Source of the DNA: Perna viridis
Lineage: Eukaryota
DNA length: 64,000 nt
Direction of reading: 5' to 3'
Assembly (NCBI GenBank): GCA_037379345.1
Contig: CM074515.1
Location: 10,664,001 to 10,728,000 of the forward strand
Each line of letters starts with the position of its first letter. Within the stretch, counting starts at the first letter, position 1. Positions 26,520 to 40,100 of the stretch are shown here, piece after piece. The notes below the pieces were generated by a model. The model saw only the letters and a list, made by a program, of their open reading frames with translations. It did no database searches and was not told the origin of the DNA. The translations under genes and the position numbers were made by a program.

Positions 26520-28040
26520 ATATGAATTTATGAATGTTTGATAAATTGTAGTGAAATTGGAAGGAATGCATTTTTTGTTTGTATTTTTTTTTTTTAAAGA
26601 AAAATGGAATCACAATAACTGTCACCAAATAAGGAAATATGTTGACCCATATAAAGAGGTCATTACCATTTCTATAAAAACTTGTCAGTATCCTGTTCAG
26701 CCATTTTTTAGCTGATGACAACAGTGCAATAAATTTAAAAATGTATTCGGAACGTCTCCGAATTTTTCCAGATACCAATGAAAGTTTGCGTGCAAATACC
26801 GGGATATATTGCATGCTTTGTTTTCTATTGATTTGAATAGGAAAATATTTATTACTATACAATAAGAAAATTTATTGCACACTGACGTTGTATTGCTTCC
26901 TATGGGGAAATTATATTGCTTTACAGTTATATATATATATAATATAGCATAGCTAGTAACATAACTGGGAACTGTATCTTTGCCAGAATATCCTTAAAGA
27001 CAAACATCAATGGATGCAAATAGTAAAATTGTTCATTGTAATGAGTATGAAGGGACTCAGTCCTACGTTTGTTTGGTGAACAGTTGAAGAAGCATCTGCC
27101 CAAATGCAGTGGAAACATATCAGAATAGTCAATGTATGTAGTTACAATGTAACCTGAAATTTGCACAACTGCATGTTTACTTGGCATAGGGTTTCTTGAT
27201 GATATTTAAAGAACAACTGAATCAAATCATATTTTAAAACTTAAATACTTAACTTTTGACCTGGAAATGAAGTTCAAGGTTAATAATGGTGTATATTGCA
27301 TTTGCAGTTCAGGAGTTATGGCCCTTGTAAATGTAGAAGTATCCGTGACAGCGACCAATTTTCTATAATGTATCAAATCTCTATCCTTCCATCATTTGCT
27401 ATTTTGAGTTTTTTTTCCATTTAATCCCAAACCTGGGACAATAACTAATTTCTCTTTTGAAAAAGATATCAAGGACTGATTTGAAATCCTTGATGTTTCA
27501 ACTACAACAGAACCTGGATGTTGTGTAACTGTAGACTTAATTAACAGTAACTATAGGATTGAAGTCATTAATCTTATTTTGTAATCCTATCTTAGAAGTT
27601 TAATTTGTTGATAGATTAATTATAAATGTCAAGAACTAATCACTATTAAACACTGATCAGTCATTAACAAGTTTGTCTTCATTTGTCATGTAGTGCTTCC
27701 CATTAGAAACTTTGCCAGTAGATTTCTAAGCCCCTTGTTTTAGCAGCATTGCTCAATTTGTCAAGAGTCACTTGATTGTCTTCTGATTAAAGTTTTCGTC
27801 CTGTTTACAAACGAGGACTTAGAAGTTTTAATCTTGTAAATTACGTTGGAGAATTTTTTTGGGTCTCTGATTACTTAAGTTGTCTAATTGGAAATTCCAT
27901 ATTACTGGATGAAAATGAGAGAGTCCTTGTGTTAGGAACAAAATTATTTCTGTCCTTCCATTACATAAAAGGGAGTAATTTTCCATGAGTGACATACTCC
28001 TTTTCTCAATGTCACTGCTGAATGGTGTATTTTATGTCCT

Positions 28041-28652
28041 TTTTGTAAGCTCACCTGGCCAAAGGCCATGTGAGCTATTGCCATCACTTGGCGTCTGTTG
28101 CTGTTGTCCGTTGTCATCGTCATTAACAATAATACAAAACTCTTCTCCTCTGAAACAACTTGACTAATTAGAACCAAACTTAATATGAATATTCCTTGTT
28201 GTATCCTGCATAGAACTGATGTGGGGATTTTTGATCTGTCGAAAGACATGGCCATCATTACTAAAAATAGGACATAGGGTCAGACAGTAGTTTTTCGCTT
28301 ATATCTCCAAAACTGTTAGGTTTAGCTTAATTCTGACATAGGGTAAAAGTGTTCACATGATGACATCTATCTGCTGTGAAATTTTCATTTTAATCCATTA
28401 AGCCATGCTGGATTTTATTGCCCTTTTTCAACATTTTTTGCTATTTTTAATGTTATTTCTTGCATAAATCTTTTCCTCTGACACTACTTTACCAATAGAA
28501 GCAAACTTAGTACGAATGTTTCTAGGGGTATCCTGCATAGAACTGATTTGGGGATTTTTGATTCGTCGTGAAACATGGCTGCCATTACTAAAAATAGATC
28601 ATAGAGGTCAGACAGTAGTTTTTGCTTATATCTCCAAAACTGTTAGGTTTAG
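28041..28652 (+). mobile_element. HINE, 3'-truncated, with an internal duplication of ~330-bp period
   Basis: 5' hairpin AGCTCACCTGGCC-AAA-GGCCATGTGAGCT (28048-28076) followed by a (GTY)n-like microsatellite. Block 28137-28326 is repeated at ~28467-28652. Confidence 0.85.
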
Positions 28653-29872
28653 GCAAGTTCTTTCAATTGCTGAAATAAGTCATGTGAGGTTTTGCTGATG
28701 TTATAAAAACAATAAAAAACAATAACTTTTTGTTCTTAAGACAAATAATAAAATACCATTTGTGTAGATAGACCGACTTGGTTGAAATTCTGAACCAACT
28801 TTTTGGAGATGAAACAAATTTCCCTTCTAACTTAGAATAATGAAAAGATATCTCCAATAATATCTACTGGTATAAATGATGTAGTGTAACTTTGATTTCT
28901 GAACCTGTATTAGCCCTCTGTAGTACTGACAAAACATATTGTCAAATCTCTGCCAGGTGATGGTTCATTGATATTTTGATGTCTTGACCACTACAAGACA
29001 GTCAAGTAAAAATAAAGATAAAAATCACAAATAAACCACAGTACTGGAATAAACACAATCATGATTGAATTAAACCAACATAGCTCATATTATTATGATA
29101 TAAACTTATTGAATTATAGTTTTCCACTGTGTTTTGATGGCTTTATCACATTGTATCTAAATAGAGGATAATTTTAGATGAAGAAGATTATTTGAACATT
29201 GATATGAAATTTGCTTCATTTCCAACAAGTTTGTTCAGAAATCGGCAGAAATATTGAAAATACCAGATAAGTATCAATAAATTGCTGTTTTACTGCATTT
29301 TGTCATTTCCAGATGGGATTTCATGATAACAACAATTTACATTTTGTAATGGGAATCTGCTGGATTTTCCATGTAAATTTTGAAGTGTAAAATCAGAAGA
29401 TTCATTTCTGTTTTTAAAAAACAGACAAAATGTTTTATTGTGTCTTTTGACTTATTTAAATTGTATTATATTTCTCTCTAGAGGCAATAAAATGACTGTA
29501 AAATTGATTTTAGCTTAAATTATTGCTTCAAGGAATTGTTGATTTTGGCATACTTTTAGCAATCATTCTCCATCAGCTGTCAGTCATGATTTTAAGTAGA
29601 AACAATAGTAAATTATGATACTGATAGTTAATCCCCCTAAGGGTCTAGAGTATTTTACTGTTATCTGTACCTATGTAGTTACATTTGTTGGCTTCACTGA
29701 TTAGATTGTTCAAATAGTATTCAGTTTGGTATTCAGCTTTTTTTTAATGTATGTGAATTTTGAATTCACTGAACTTGGCTTCACTTTAATAGACTCCATC
29801 CAAAGTTTGGGGGTTGTATATTGGAGTCCCCCAACAGTATTTTCACTTGTTTTCTTACTGTTTTTTTCTTAC

Positions 29873-31772
29873 TTTTTAGCTTTCTTGACCTAAGACCATG
29901 TGAGTTATTGCAATCACCTGGCATTTATCTGTAAGCATTGTCTGTCATTGTTAACCTTTCTTAATAAATGTGACCTTCCTTAACTTGGAGAGTTCTAGTA
30001 ATGTCTCCATAGGATTGAAGTTGTAAGCTCTCCCTCATTAGAGTTATTGCCCCTGAAAGATGAATAGAGTTTTTTTGTAGTTTGTAGCCAAAATCTTGAA
30101 AACTTTAAAAGGTAGAAAAAAACTTTCGTTGATGAATTGTTCTTACTGATCAGGCCTACAAAAGTCTATTTGTTGGAATTTGTAAGATGACTCCTTGTTG
30201 TAGTTGTTGTCCTTGAAAAGCAAAAAGTGAAATTTTTGCAGTTTTTTAATAGGCAGTATCTTGAAAACTATAAAAGAATGAGAAAAAACTTTCAACTGAT
30301 GAAATAATCCTTATGATGAGGCCAATAAAAGTCTTCATAGGGTCAAAGAGTAATCAAGGGAACCAAGATTCTAGCGGTAATCAAAAAATGTAATCTAAGG
30401 ACAAAGACCAGACATGAAAAGCAGATAATCACAACAAAGAACATAAAGTAACTACAATAATACATACAAATTAATGAAAGTAAATGAGCAACTCGGACTC
30501 CATTAAAAACTGGGAGCATGGACGAGGTTTACCGGTAGGGTAAGTGTCCTGCTTTTCTAGAAACACCTGCCGAGTTGCTCATAAAAAGTTGTCTGGGGTA
30601 GACGAAAGAGGAAAGGAAAACTATGACACGTTCATGATGACGACCATAAAACCTCTGTAGTGATGACTTCAATCTTGTACAACATAACCCTGTCCCAGAG
30701 GCCTAATTGTAAGAAGTCTAGCGCAATACAAAAAGTCTGTAGTTAATGTATGAGTTGTGATATGAAAACTCCATATGCAGGTGCTGAAGGGATGTTGCCA
30801 CATGAAAGGAAGTTGACAATTCTGAATGAAAAGTCATCACATTTGTCATAAAGTTTGGTCAATAGTTTTCCTTTACCATCGATCTCTAAGTGTAGATCAA
30901 GATATGAGGCTGATTTCAGATTGTCTGTAGTATCCTTTATCTCAAGTTGTTTGGGGTAGATGTAATGTATCAAATCCCTGAAACTAGGATTGTTCAAATA
31001 TAATACATCATCTGTGTAGCAGAAACTGAGATCAAAGGATCTAGCTAAACAATATTCTTTTTTTTTTTCGGATCAGATCAGCTATGAAGTTAGCCTCATA
31101 AGAGTGAAGGAATAGGTCAGCAAGTTGATGAGCACAATTTGTTCCTATTGAAATGCCAACTGTTTGTTGAAAAACACGTCCACCTCACTGGACAAATATA
31201 TTGTCGATAAAGAATTCCAGCATTATTGGTCTCAGTATCGTATTAATTTTCCCATAGACTTCTATAGTGAAGTGCACATTTTTAGGATTTTTAAAAAAAT
31301 ATGTCAATTGATTCAATAAAACTTTCACTTATGTAGCATTTCTAATGACATGTAAAAAAATAATTTCCCGCAAAGAAAATAGGGTGAATCCACAAAGATC
31401 GGACAGAAAAGTAGTCTTGGGCTATAAATAGCCATTTTCCCTACTTTCACTTTCGTTTTGCACTCATCAAACCAAACGTTTCATTGGAACATTTTTATGT
31501 TATTATGTTAGATTTTCTTTTAAAAAAGTTCTTCATCTTACAGTGTGATGTTTCCTCTATTTTATAAGTCATTGTTCATATCTTTTGACAAAACATTAGT
31601 TTGTACAGAGGCAAAAAGAAAGTGCACTATATTTTAATAGCATCAATGTTTTGACGTACACCTGCTCAGGGATATGCTGTACGATACTGGTACCTGTTGT
31701 AGGACAACTCCTTACTAGAGTTATTGTCCTTGATAAGCAAAATATGAACAAGGTGAGCAATTCATGCTCCTA
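29873..31772 (+). mobile_element. HINE interrupted by a ~1.35-kb nested insertion
   Basis: Degenerate 5' end TTTTTAGCTTTCTTGACC..GACCATGTGAGT. Internal repeat (GAGTTATTG.CC.TGA) at ~30041, ~30201 and ~31718. 3' end AGGTGAGCAATTCATGCTCC at 31751-31770. Confidence 0.7.
30347..31223 (-). pseudogene. 5'-truncated, decayed Penelope-like retroelement reverse transcriptase plus 3' UTR
   Basis: Minus-strand translation across stops and frameshifts: MLEFFIDNIFVQ*GGRVFQQTVGISIGTNCAHQLADLFLHSYEANF...SFCYTDDVLYLNNP...SASYLDLHLEID...KLYDKCDDFSF...IPSAPAYGVFISQLI...RLKSSLQRFYGRHHE. These are PLE-type RT motifs (GIPMGxxxAPLLADLFL, YIDD at 31007-31018, YLDL) plus thumb. Confidence 0.9.
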
Positions 31773-32520
31773 TGATATACCTTTCCTGATAGTGCGTTCC
31801 ATTTACACCATCATTCTGTGACCTCAACTGTTCTGTCCTTAATGATATTTCAAAGTCCATACCATAAGGGATTAATTAATAATCTCACACTTTAACAATT
31901 AAACAGCTGCTTCTTCCTAATTAGATAACTACAATGTACAACCTGATGTTACTGGTCAGCTAACCAGAAACAAAGCTCTTTGCTGTTAGGAGGTAGAAAT
32001 ATTCATGTACAGCAGAACGCTTCTCTGTTTAGAGGTAATTATTGACAGGTTTACATTGTTGGTCAAATTATTCCAATTATTGGCTAATAATGTTTAGCCA
32101 AAAGTTCTGACAGCTTAGGTGAAGCAGCATTCCCATCTATTTGTTAGGAATGTTTACATTTAATGAGCAAAATTTCCAATTTCTTTAGAAGTTTGAAATA
32201 AGACAGAGATTGTTATTTTTTTTTAGATATACCTTATGTTTAAGAAATCCAAGATGCCTTATCATGACTACGATCAAACATATCCCCAGGTAGTTGTAGG
32301 GTCTTCTGGTATAAATTTCTTTTGAAAGTTTATTTATGAAGAACAAGATTCTCTTAATTAAACCAATTATTTTGCCTATGGGAATATGTAAGGTTAGATA
32401 TTACTGTCAGGAAGTGGTACTGATACCCTATAACTGGTCCAACTAAATCAGTGTTGAAAGGAGAGGAGCAAAGAAGTTCTCATTTCCCAGCCTACAGTTC
32501 CAGTGATGATCAGCATGTCA

Positions 32521-33330
32521 TTTTTTAGCTCACCTGGCATAAAAGACCATCTGAGCTTTTTTGTTCACTTGGCATTTGTTGTTTTCCGTTGCTAACTTTT
32601 AAAAATCGTCTCCTCTGAAACCACTGAACAGAATGTGATAAAACATGGGGACAATCATCCTTGGCATGTCTATTTCCAAAACTATCTGTTATGGTACCAC
32701 TCAAAAAACATGGCGACTGTTACTAAAAATAACAACTTGGGTATCACTATAAATTTTTGTTTATATCTAAAATATAGATTACAGATAGAAGAAATCTGAG
32801 ATATCGTAGGTTCTTTGACTCTTCCCTGTAAATTTCAAGATAATTGATGTACTAATTTTTGGAGTTATTGCCCCTTTTTTGCTAGTTTTACCTTTTTTGA
32901 CAGTTTTTGCCTATTAGTTGGTAAATGAAAGCAGATTGATGATTAATGTCAATTAATAAAATGTTCAGTATTTCAGTGTCTATTGGTGCAGTATTCAGAA
33001 ACATCTTTTGACCCTTAAAACAGTAGCAGGCTGATAATTAATGTAAATATAAAAAAAATATATATATGTAAAAGTGTGTAAAACTTTGTACAGATTTATA
33101 TGATTGGTGCAAATCTGGGAAAAATCTGTTGATTGCATTTTTAATGATTTTTTGCACTTTTAGCATGTTATTCATTTAGGATAAATTGTTTAAATGTTCA
33201 GTATCATGACAAATATCATCTGTGCAATTTTAGTCTATGGTGTTTTACCGTTATTATGTTTTGCATGTATTCAACTTTTTATAGGTATTGAACCAGCTGA
33301 GCAAATCAGGCTCTTGAGAGCCTCTTGTTT
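32521..33330 (+). mobile_element. Complete Helentron-associated non-autonomous element (HINE)
   Basis: 5' subTIR GCTCACCTG (32528-32536) with a nearby inverted TGAGC; 3' subTIR CAGCTGAGC (33294-33302); 3' hairpin AGGCTCT-TG-AGAGCCT then CTTGTTT; T-rich ends. Confidence 0.85.
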
Positions 33331-33646
33331 CTGATAAGTACATCTTAATGGTATAAATCTGAATCTGAAAGAAATTAAACTTTGTATTGCTTTATATAAC
33401 TATAAATTTGTTGTCTTGAAGGGTTTTCTTGAGATATATGTAGCTTAAAGTCAGATCATCCTTTCCTTTCAAATTATGGCCATTTGTCGCAAAATTTTAG
33501 ATTTTCGAAAAAATATTCTAAATGGTCTAGTATTAACAAAAAATAAATCAAGTGGTCCGTGGAGATTTAGATAGGAGTACGTTTAGGAAGGAATGAAAAG
33601 TCAAAATGTACATGTCGTTCAGTCATGCTGTGTAGTATGGTGTGAA

Positions 33647-33970
33647 CATCTGTGTCACAGTGCAGACATAGCCTATGTCATTGGCCAGATAGACATCTGT
33701 CATAGTAAAGACTTAGCCTATGTCATTGGCCAGATAGACATCTTTGTCATAGTGAAGACATAGCCTATGTTGTTGGCCAGATAGACATCTGTGTCATAGT
33801 GAAGACATAGCCTATGTCATTGGCCAGATAGACATCTGTCATAGTAAAGACTTAGCCTATGTCATTGGCCAGATAGACATCTTTGTCATAGTGAAGACAT
33901 AGCCTATGGTGTTGGCCAGATAGACATCTCTGTCATAGTGAAGACATAGCCTAAGTTTTTGGCCAGATAG
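33647..33970. repeat. 45-47 bp minisatellite, 7 units, with a 139-bp trimeric higher-order repeat
   Basis: Unit CATCTGTGTCATAGTGAAGACATAGCCTATGTCATTGGCCAGATAGA. Units 2 and 5, and units 3 and 6, share diagnostic variants. Confidence 0.95.
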
Positions 33971-34039
33971 TTTCTATATAGATATGTTAATAGCTCAATC
34001 ACGATGATGAGGTCACCAATATCATGTTGTGGTCAAGAT

Positions 34040-34156
34040 ACGTCACATCTTATGGTTAAGACATGTTTATCATGGTTACATCACATCTTATTGTTTAGAC
34101 ATGTTTATAATAGTTACATCACATCTTATGGTTAAGACATGTTTATTATGGTTAAG
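34040..34156. repeat. ~38-bp tandem repeat, 3 copies
   Basis: CATCACATCTTATGGTTAAGACATGTTTATYATGGTTA repeated. Confidence 0.85.
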
Positions 34157-37100
34157 TCACATTCAAATCATAGTGGAAGTAACTCCTGAATGTAATGGAG
34201 TAGACAATTATGTTAAAGGGACGGCACATCTCTGATGTCACCAAGAATTTCTAACTTCATCCAATGTCACAAGGAATACATCTCATTTCAAGGGGAAGGT
34301 ATCTCTGATGTCGCATAGAAGACATCACTTAGGCAGTTAGGAAAAAATTCCCAATGTCACAGGGAAGACATCTTCAATATCACTTGAAAGACACCTCCAG
34401 GTGAAAGAAAATAAATCACTTATATCATGGAGAAGTCAACTCCAAGTGATGGAGAAAAATGGAGTAGACATATCTTATGTCATGGTGTCAGGACATTGGT
34501 TTGATGGAAAACTCAATTTTTGATGTCATGGTGAACATCACGTTTTAAATATATTCAAAGGAGAAAGTTCATTACTTTATTAATACTTTACAAATCCAAC
34601 TGACATTGTTCATAGGCTTGTCATTGGAAAATATTAACTAATTGAAATATACCTAAGGAACTGGTTTCATTGACTCAGTTATGTGTGAAAACTATCACAA
34701 TAAACTTCCTATGAGTTAAAGAGAGTATGTTGAAAATGTGAACACAATTATTTTCTGATTCAAAGTAACATTTAAATGAGGAACTGCCTTAAGTGCAATA
34801 AACTTGAGAATAGTTCTTTGAAGAGTTGTGGAACCTGAAAATGATAACAATAAATTATGCTAACTCATATTAGGTTACAAGTGTCCCTTACTTAATTGTT
34901 TGTAGTTTTATATATGTGACCATTGAGAAACAGTTAATGAGGACTTTGTTGTATTAATCATGCCATCTCCCTAGTGCAGTTTTCTAATGAGTGATTTGTA
35001 ATTAACATGTATCAAAAGATAGAAAACGTGTTTTTTGCCATCATAAACAACCTCACATGTCAGAAAAAAGGTGTTCAAAAGAAAACTAATTTGTTTTTTG
35101 AGGTTTATAGGAAGGAAATATGTCCACCCTTGTCCTCCAGATGTATAGAGTGTTAAACCATTGTTATGTTATTATTTGTCAGGGTACAACGGTACACAAC
35201 ATTGTACTGATGGTACTATTATGGAAGGTTTGTAAACAATTTGGAATCCTATTTATATTAAGTTTGGAAAAGTTAAAAAATCATTCGGATAAATGATATT
35301 ATCTCTCTTTGATATATAAACCAGAAACAAACAGTTCTTAAATCTCCTTGGTTGGATCAAGTCTTTGTTGTGACAGTCTTAGATACTTCAGGAGTTCGAG
35401 ATGTAATAGAAATCCATTTTTTGTCATCTTGCGGATTGTGTTTTTTGGAGACATACTATATCGCATCTGTGTAAGATATTCCATATGAAATTCTTTGGAC
35501 ACAACCAATTTATATGTTCAGAAGTGGAATTTCCTTTTTTGCAACAAAAATGTCAACAAAAATAATACTGACTACTGGAAGATAATGTTAAATAGTTACT
35601 TAATAAATAACCCATTCAGTCCCAGATCTAATCAAATCTACTCACAAGCTAGATTTTCATTTTTTAGTCATAGTATTAAAACGGGTAGAAAATTATCTGA
35701 AATAAATCTATTCATCATTTTTTGGTGTACATTTCAGTAAGACTTAAAACTTTTTACGGCTCCATTTGCTTGTAGAAGACTTGCTGAATATGCTGGTTTG
35801 ACTAAGCAAAGCAGAGACCTGTAAAAACTTCTTCCTCTTATGTCTAGAATGTGTAAAGTTTTAAACATGTACTAAATTATAGAAACCTGAGACAAATTTT
35901 CAGCTTTGTAATTAAGGTATCTGATTAATGTTTTGGCAGAGTATGGCAATAAATCAGAACAAACTAAACTGATACCATGGTCCTATAAACAATAACTTCT
36001 AGAATGTGTTTTCCCTTTTAATACATGTGTACTGTCAGGGATGGAATTATAAAACTGCTGTAAACAATACAAATATTAGCTCAGAGCATCTTAATTGACA
36101 GACAAGGACACAAAGGGCTTCAGGAATCAAGCAATACACATCCAACATCAAAGAACAAAGGTTGATTATTACACAAGCCTTTATGTATTGGATAAGGAAT
36201 ACACCAGAGATCAAAGGAGACATAAGAAGTCATTGTTATAGAAGATGTTTGTTGTTTTCTAATATCTTTGTTTGACATATTGTATAACCAAGGGAGTGAC
36301 ACACATGTTTTTATTTTTTCAACACATTGTCTGAATGTTAACAGGAGAATGTACATGATAAGGATTACTATTATAATAATATCTAGAGTTATTCTGGGTG
36401 TAAGATTTTACATTTTAACCTAAGGTTATAAATTAGAGAATGGAAGATTACAAAGCTGTTTGAAATTATAAAACAAGGCGAACAAAAATGATAGGCTTCT
36501 GGTACCACAAAGAAAAGTAGGTAAATATGGGAAGTATGAAGAAACAGTGCTTGAGACAAAATGGCCATAACATTTTATGGTAGGCACAAAAAAAAAAACA
36601 AAAAAAAAAACAGGTAGGGTATCGGGAAACAGACATGTTATATTTTTGGCCTAACTTGAGTAAATTACAGTGTATAGAAAAAAAAACGAGATATGGTGAA
36701 ACACCACTAATGCAGAAACATATAACCTCAATACAAAATAGTAACTCAAATAGAATCATGAATATCTTCAATTCTTCATTCGAACTAGTGAATTGTATAA
36801 CTGTAGAGAGTATCATCATGGTGACCTCCTGAATGTATTTACTGTTCTAGATCTAAGTTATACTCTTTTGTATCTAATATGTTTACGATATACTTTTCTT
36901 TTCCCTATATGTGTGGTGATTAGGATGGAGGCAGTATTCTTTAATTCTTGGAGACTTGATTCTGTACTTGAGCATAAATAAGGTAATTTATTGATATACC
37001 AGTATGTTGCATTAGTATTGTTTCAAGGTTTTTGGGTCTAACTGTCAGAGGACAGACAATCTGATGTCAATTATTTCTTTTCCACTTTAAATTGATGAAG

Positions 37101-40100
37101 ACATTTTAGTTTTCTGTACAAGGCAAAAAAGAGCCTAAAGATATAAGATTAAAAATTTGATTTGATGGCCCTTAATTGTTATTACCAACAAACACCAAGA
37201 TTTTTACCTCATCTTTAATTGTTATTACAGCATTAATGTGAAATGGTCCTCCATTTGTCTTTGAAAGGTAAATTGAGGCCCATTATAACTTCCTAATATT
37301 ATGAATATTGTCACCAACAAGTTGCCAAAGGGAGATAATTATCACCTTTGATGTTTTTACATGTATCTTATTTGTCATTGTTTTTGTTTATTGTACATTG
37401 TATATATTATAGAAAGGTTGTTTTATTTGAGTATACTTAATGTCAATAAACCATTTATTTATCCCTTCTCTTCTTACAATAATTATTAGAATCGTCTCAT
37501 GAGGAAGATCCATAAGTTTTTGGCATCATAATGCATTGAATGTTTATGTTACAATTTGTCATTTTTGGGTATTCGTATTTCTGATACTTCTTACACTTTT
37601 TGAGTTGTAAGGGGTCAAAAGGGCTACACCCCAAAAAATCTATTTTTTTATGGTCTGATTTCAAAGTTCTTTTTGATTGATTTCTTATAAAAATCCCTAT
37701 CTGCATTTTTTAATCAGATTTCAGATTTTCAGATTTTTTATTATAAGGTGACAAAGGGCCTACACCCCAAAAAAATCTGCTTTTAAAAATTTTTGGTCCA
37801 ACTTTGAAAAATTTTAATAGAATTCAAATTTTGTGCTAAATTGTGTCCTCACCAGCTGTTGTATCCATTATGAACTATAAGACCTATGCTTATGTGTGTC
37901 ATAAACTAGTATTGTGTCCACACTTGCCCCAGTTGAACTTAGTTTCACATGCTGCAGTCATATCATGCTGTGCTTAGCAAAGCTCTTTATTGAACATTTT
38001 GGGATCTAACTCTATTCCCTTTAAAAAAAACTTCTGGATCAACAGGCATGGTTGAACCTTACAGTCTATTTAAGGACTGACTATAGTCATGACACCATAC
38101 TAAGTAAATGAAAATAGACTGACGTTATGATTTTATCAGAGGGAAAAATTGATATTCATAGTGATAGTTATACAAAATAAAATGATAAAGTGATCATCTA
38201 CAACGCCAGGAAAGATTTCCCTGTAGATGTATTAAGCAATCTATGGAAAGCATTTCCTAACATTGTAATCTAATTTGGGCCAGTATAGGTTTGTGTCTAG
38301 GTCCTTATTAGGATTTATAGAGCAGTTGTCTTATGAACTCAGACCGATTTATGTCATATTTAATGTGGTTTTGTGACTGAGACTTCCTGCATCAATTACA
38401 GACTATAGTACTCTCTCACCAGGCTAGGCTGTTATTACAGGATCAGGGATATTGCTGTTTTATGCTCTGAGGGTGTAACTGAGACTGACCACCAATTACT
38501 TACTTGTTCATGTTTAAACATTAATATAATGAGAAAGCAAGTTCCATGATAATCTGTCAATGATTTGATGTTACATTAATTATCCAGGGAGCTCTTTTGT
38601 TAAATTACTGTTCAGCTTTTGTAGTACTTAATTGGAAGCAAATAGAATATTCAATATCAGAAGTAAAATTGACAAAGCACTGCACCCACAAGTCAGTTTT
38701 TTTGGAACAATTTACAGAATAGACTCAAGTATACTTATGGTAGAATCTATCACTTGTTCACATGTGTTCTGATGGTCACCCATTTATTTTTTTTTACACT
38801 TCATTCATTTATAAAAACAAATGACTACCTCTCTTAACAGGGGACGTAGACTGAGTGTCTAGGTTTGAAGGTCCTACTGACCGCTTGCTTATGTTAACTA
38901 TGTAACAGCAGAAAGGGCAAATATTTTTTTTCTTGATAGAAATATTTATTTAAGATAATACATGATCTATATTGGTCAGGCTCCTTGCTGTGCCATGTGT
39001 CAGTAATCAGGTGAAATGGTGTGAATGACTTCTGTACTTCAAGGGGAGATAATTAAGCTCTGGGCAGGAGACCAATTTGTCAGGTTTGCTACATAGGAGA
39101 AAAATGAGTAGATAGGTCATAATGCTTTACTAAGTAGAAATTTGTGGTAGGCCTTGGGTCAGTGATAAATATTATGAATAATTAGATGACTACCCATTAC
39201 CTTGTCATTTCATTTGTAATGTGCCACGATTTCAATGAAGGAGAATATATGTAAGGTTAACTCTTTGAAATGTCCACTTGAATTAAATCAAGTTGTAATC
39301 ACATTTAATCCACAACGTGGCATTATTTTTTACTCTTTCTTAAAACATGCACCCTTCCACCATTACAGCTGAGCAACTTAACATTGGAGTTGGATTATTT
39401 CATTTTGATGAAAATGAACTGATTTGCACAGCTCCATCCACCCCTGTATTTTACTGTAATTGGTTTTAATTCAATACACCCAATAAGGAATGGCTGAGGT
39501 CTCCATAAATTAACTCCATTTATCTTTAATGTGTTGCTATTTTAGAACTGGAGTGGTATAAACACACCGAAAATCCAATGTTTTCCTTTTCTGTTTCTTT
39601 GTTGTCTATTTCTGTGTGAATTTATTGCTGTTCATTAGACAGTACAGACTTTTGATTTTAAGATGTCACAGATGACTAGTCATACCAAGAAACCTATAAT
39701 CATTGTTGTCTGCTTGGCTTTGAACAATCCCATTTTTAGCCTTGAAGGATCCTACAGACAATATCATTACATTAGACCCATCTCTGTATATTAGTAAAAT
39801 GCTAAATGAATTGAATTTTGAGCTGTTAGTCTGTAGATAATGTCATTTTAAAACAGCCTTTTCCATTCTTCTGTGATATTCCTTCAGTCTTTTATGGCAT
39901 AAATCTGCATTCAAAACCAAATCTTCTAGGGAGAAATGGCTGATAGTCCATACTAAGGGAGGTAGATGCTGCTATTTGGTAGCAAGTTTATTGTGTGTTG
40001 TATTCAACCAATAGTCATTGTTATATTTAGTTAAGATTGTTGAGAATACTGTACCTCATTTTAAAATTTCTATTCTCTTATTTCTTTCGACAACTACCCA

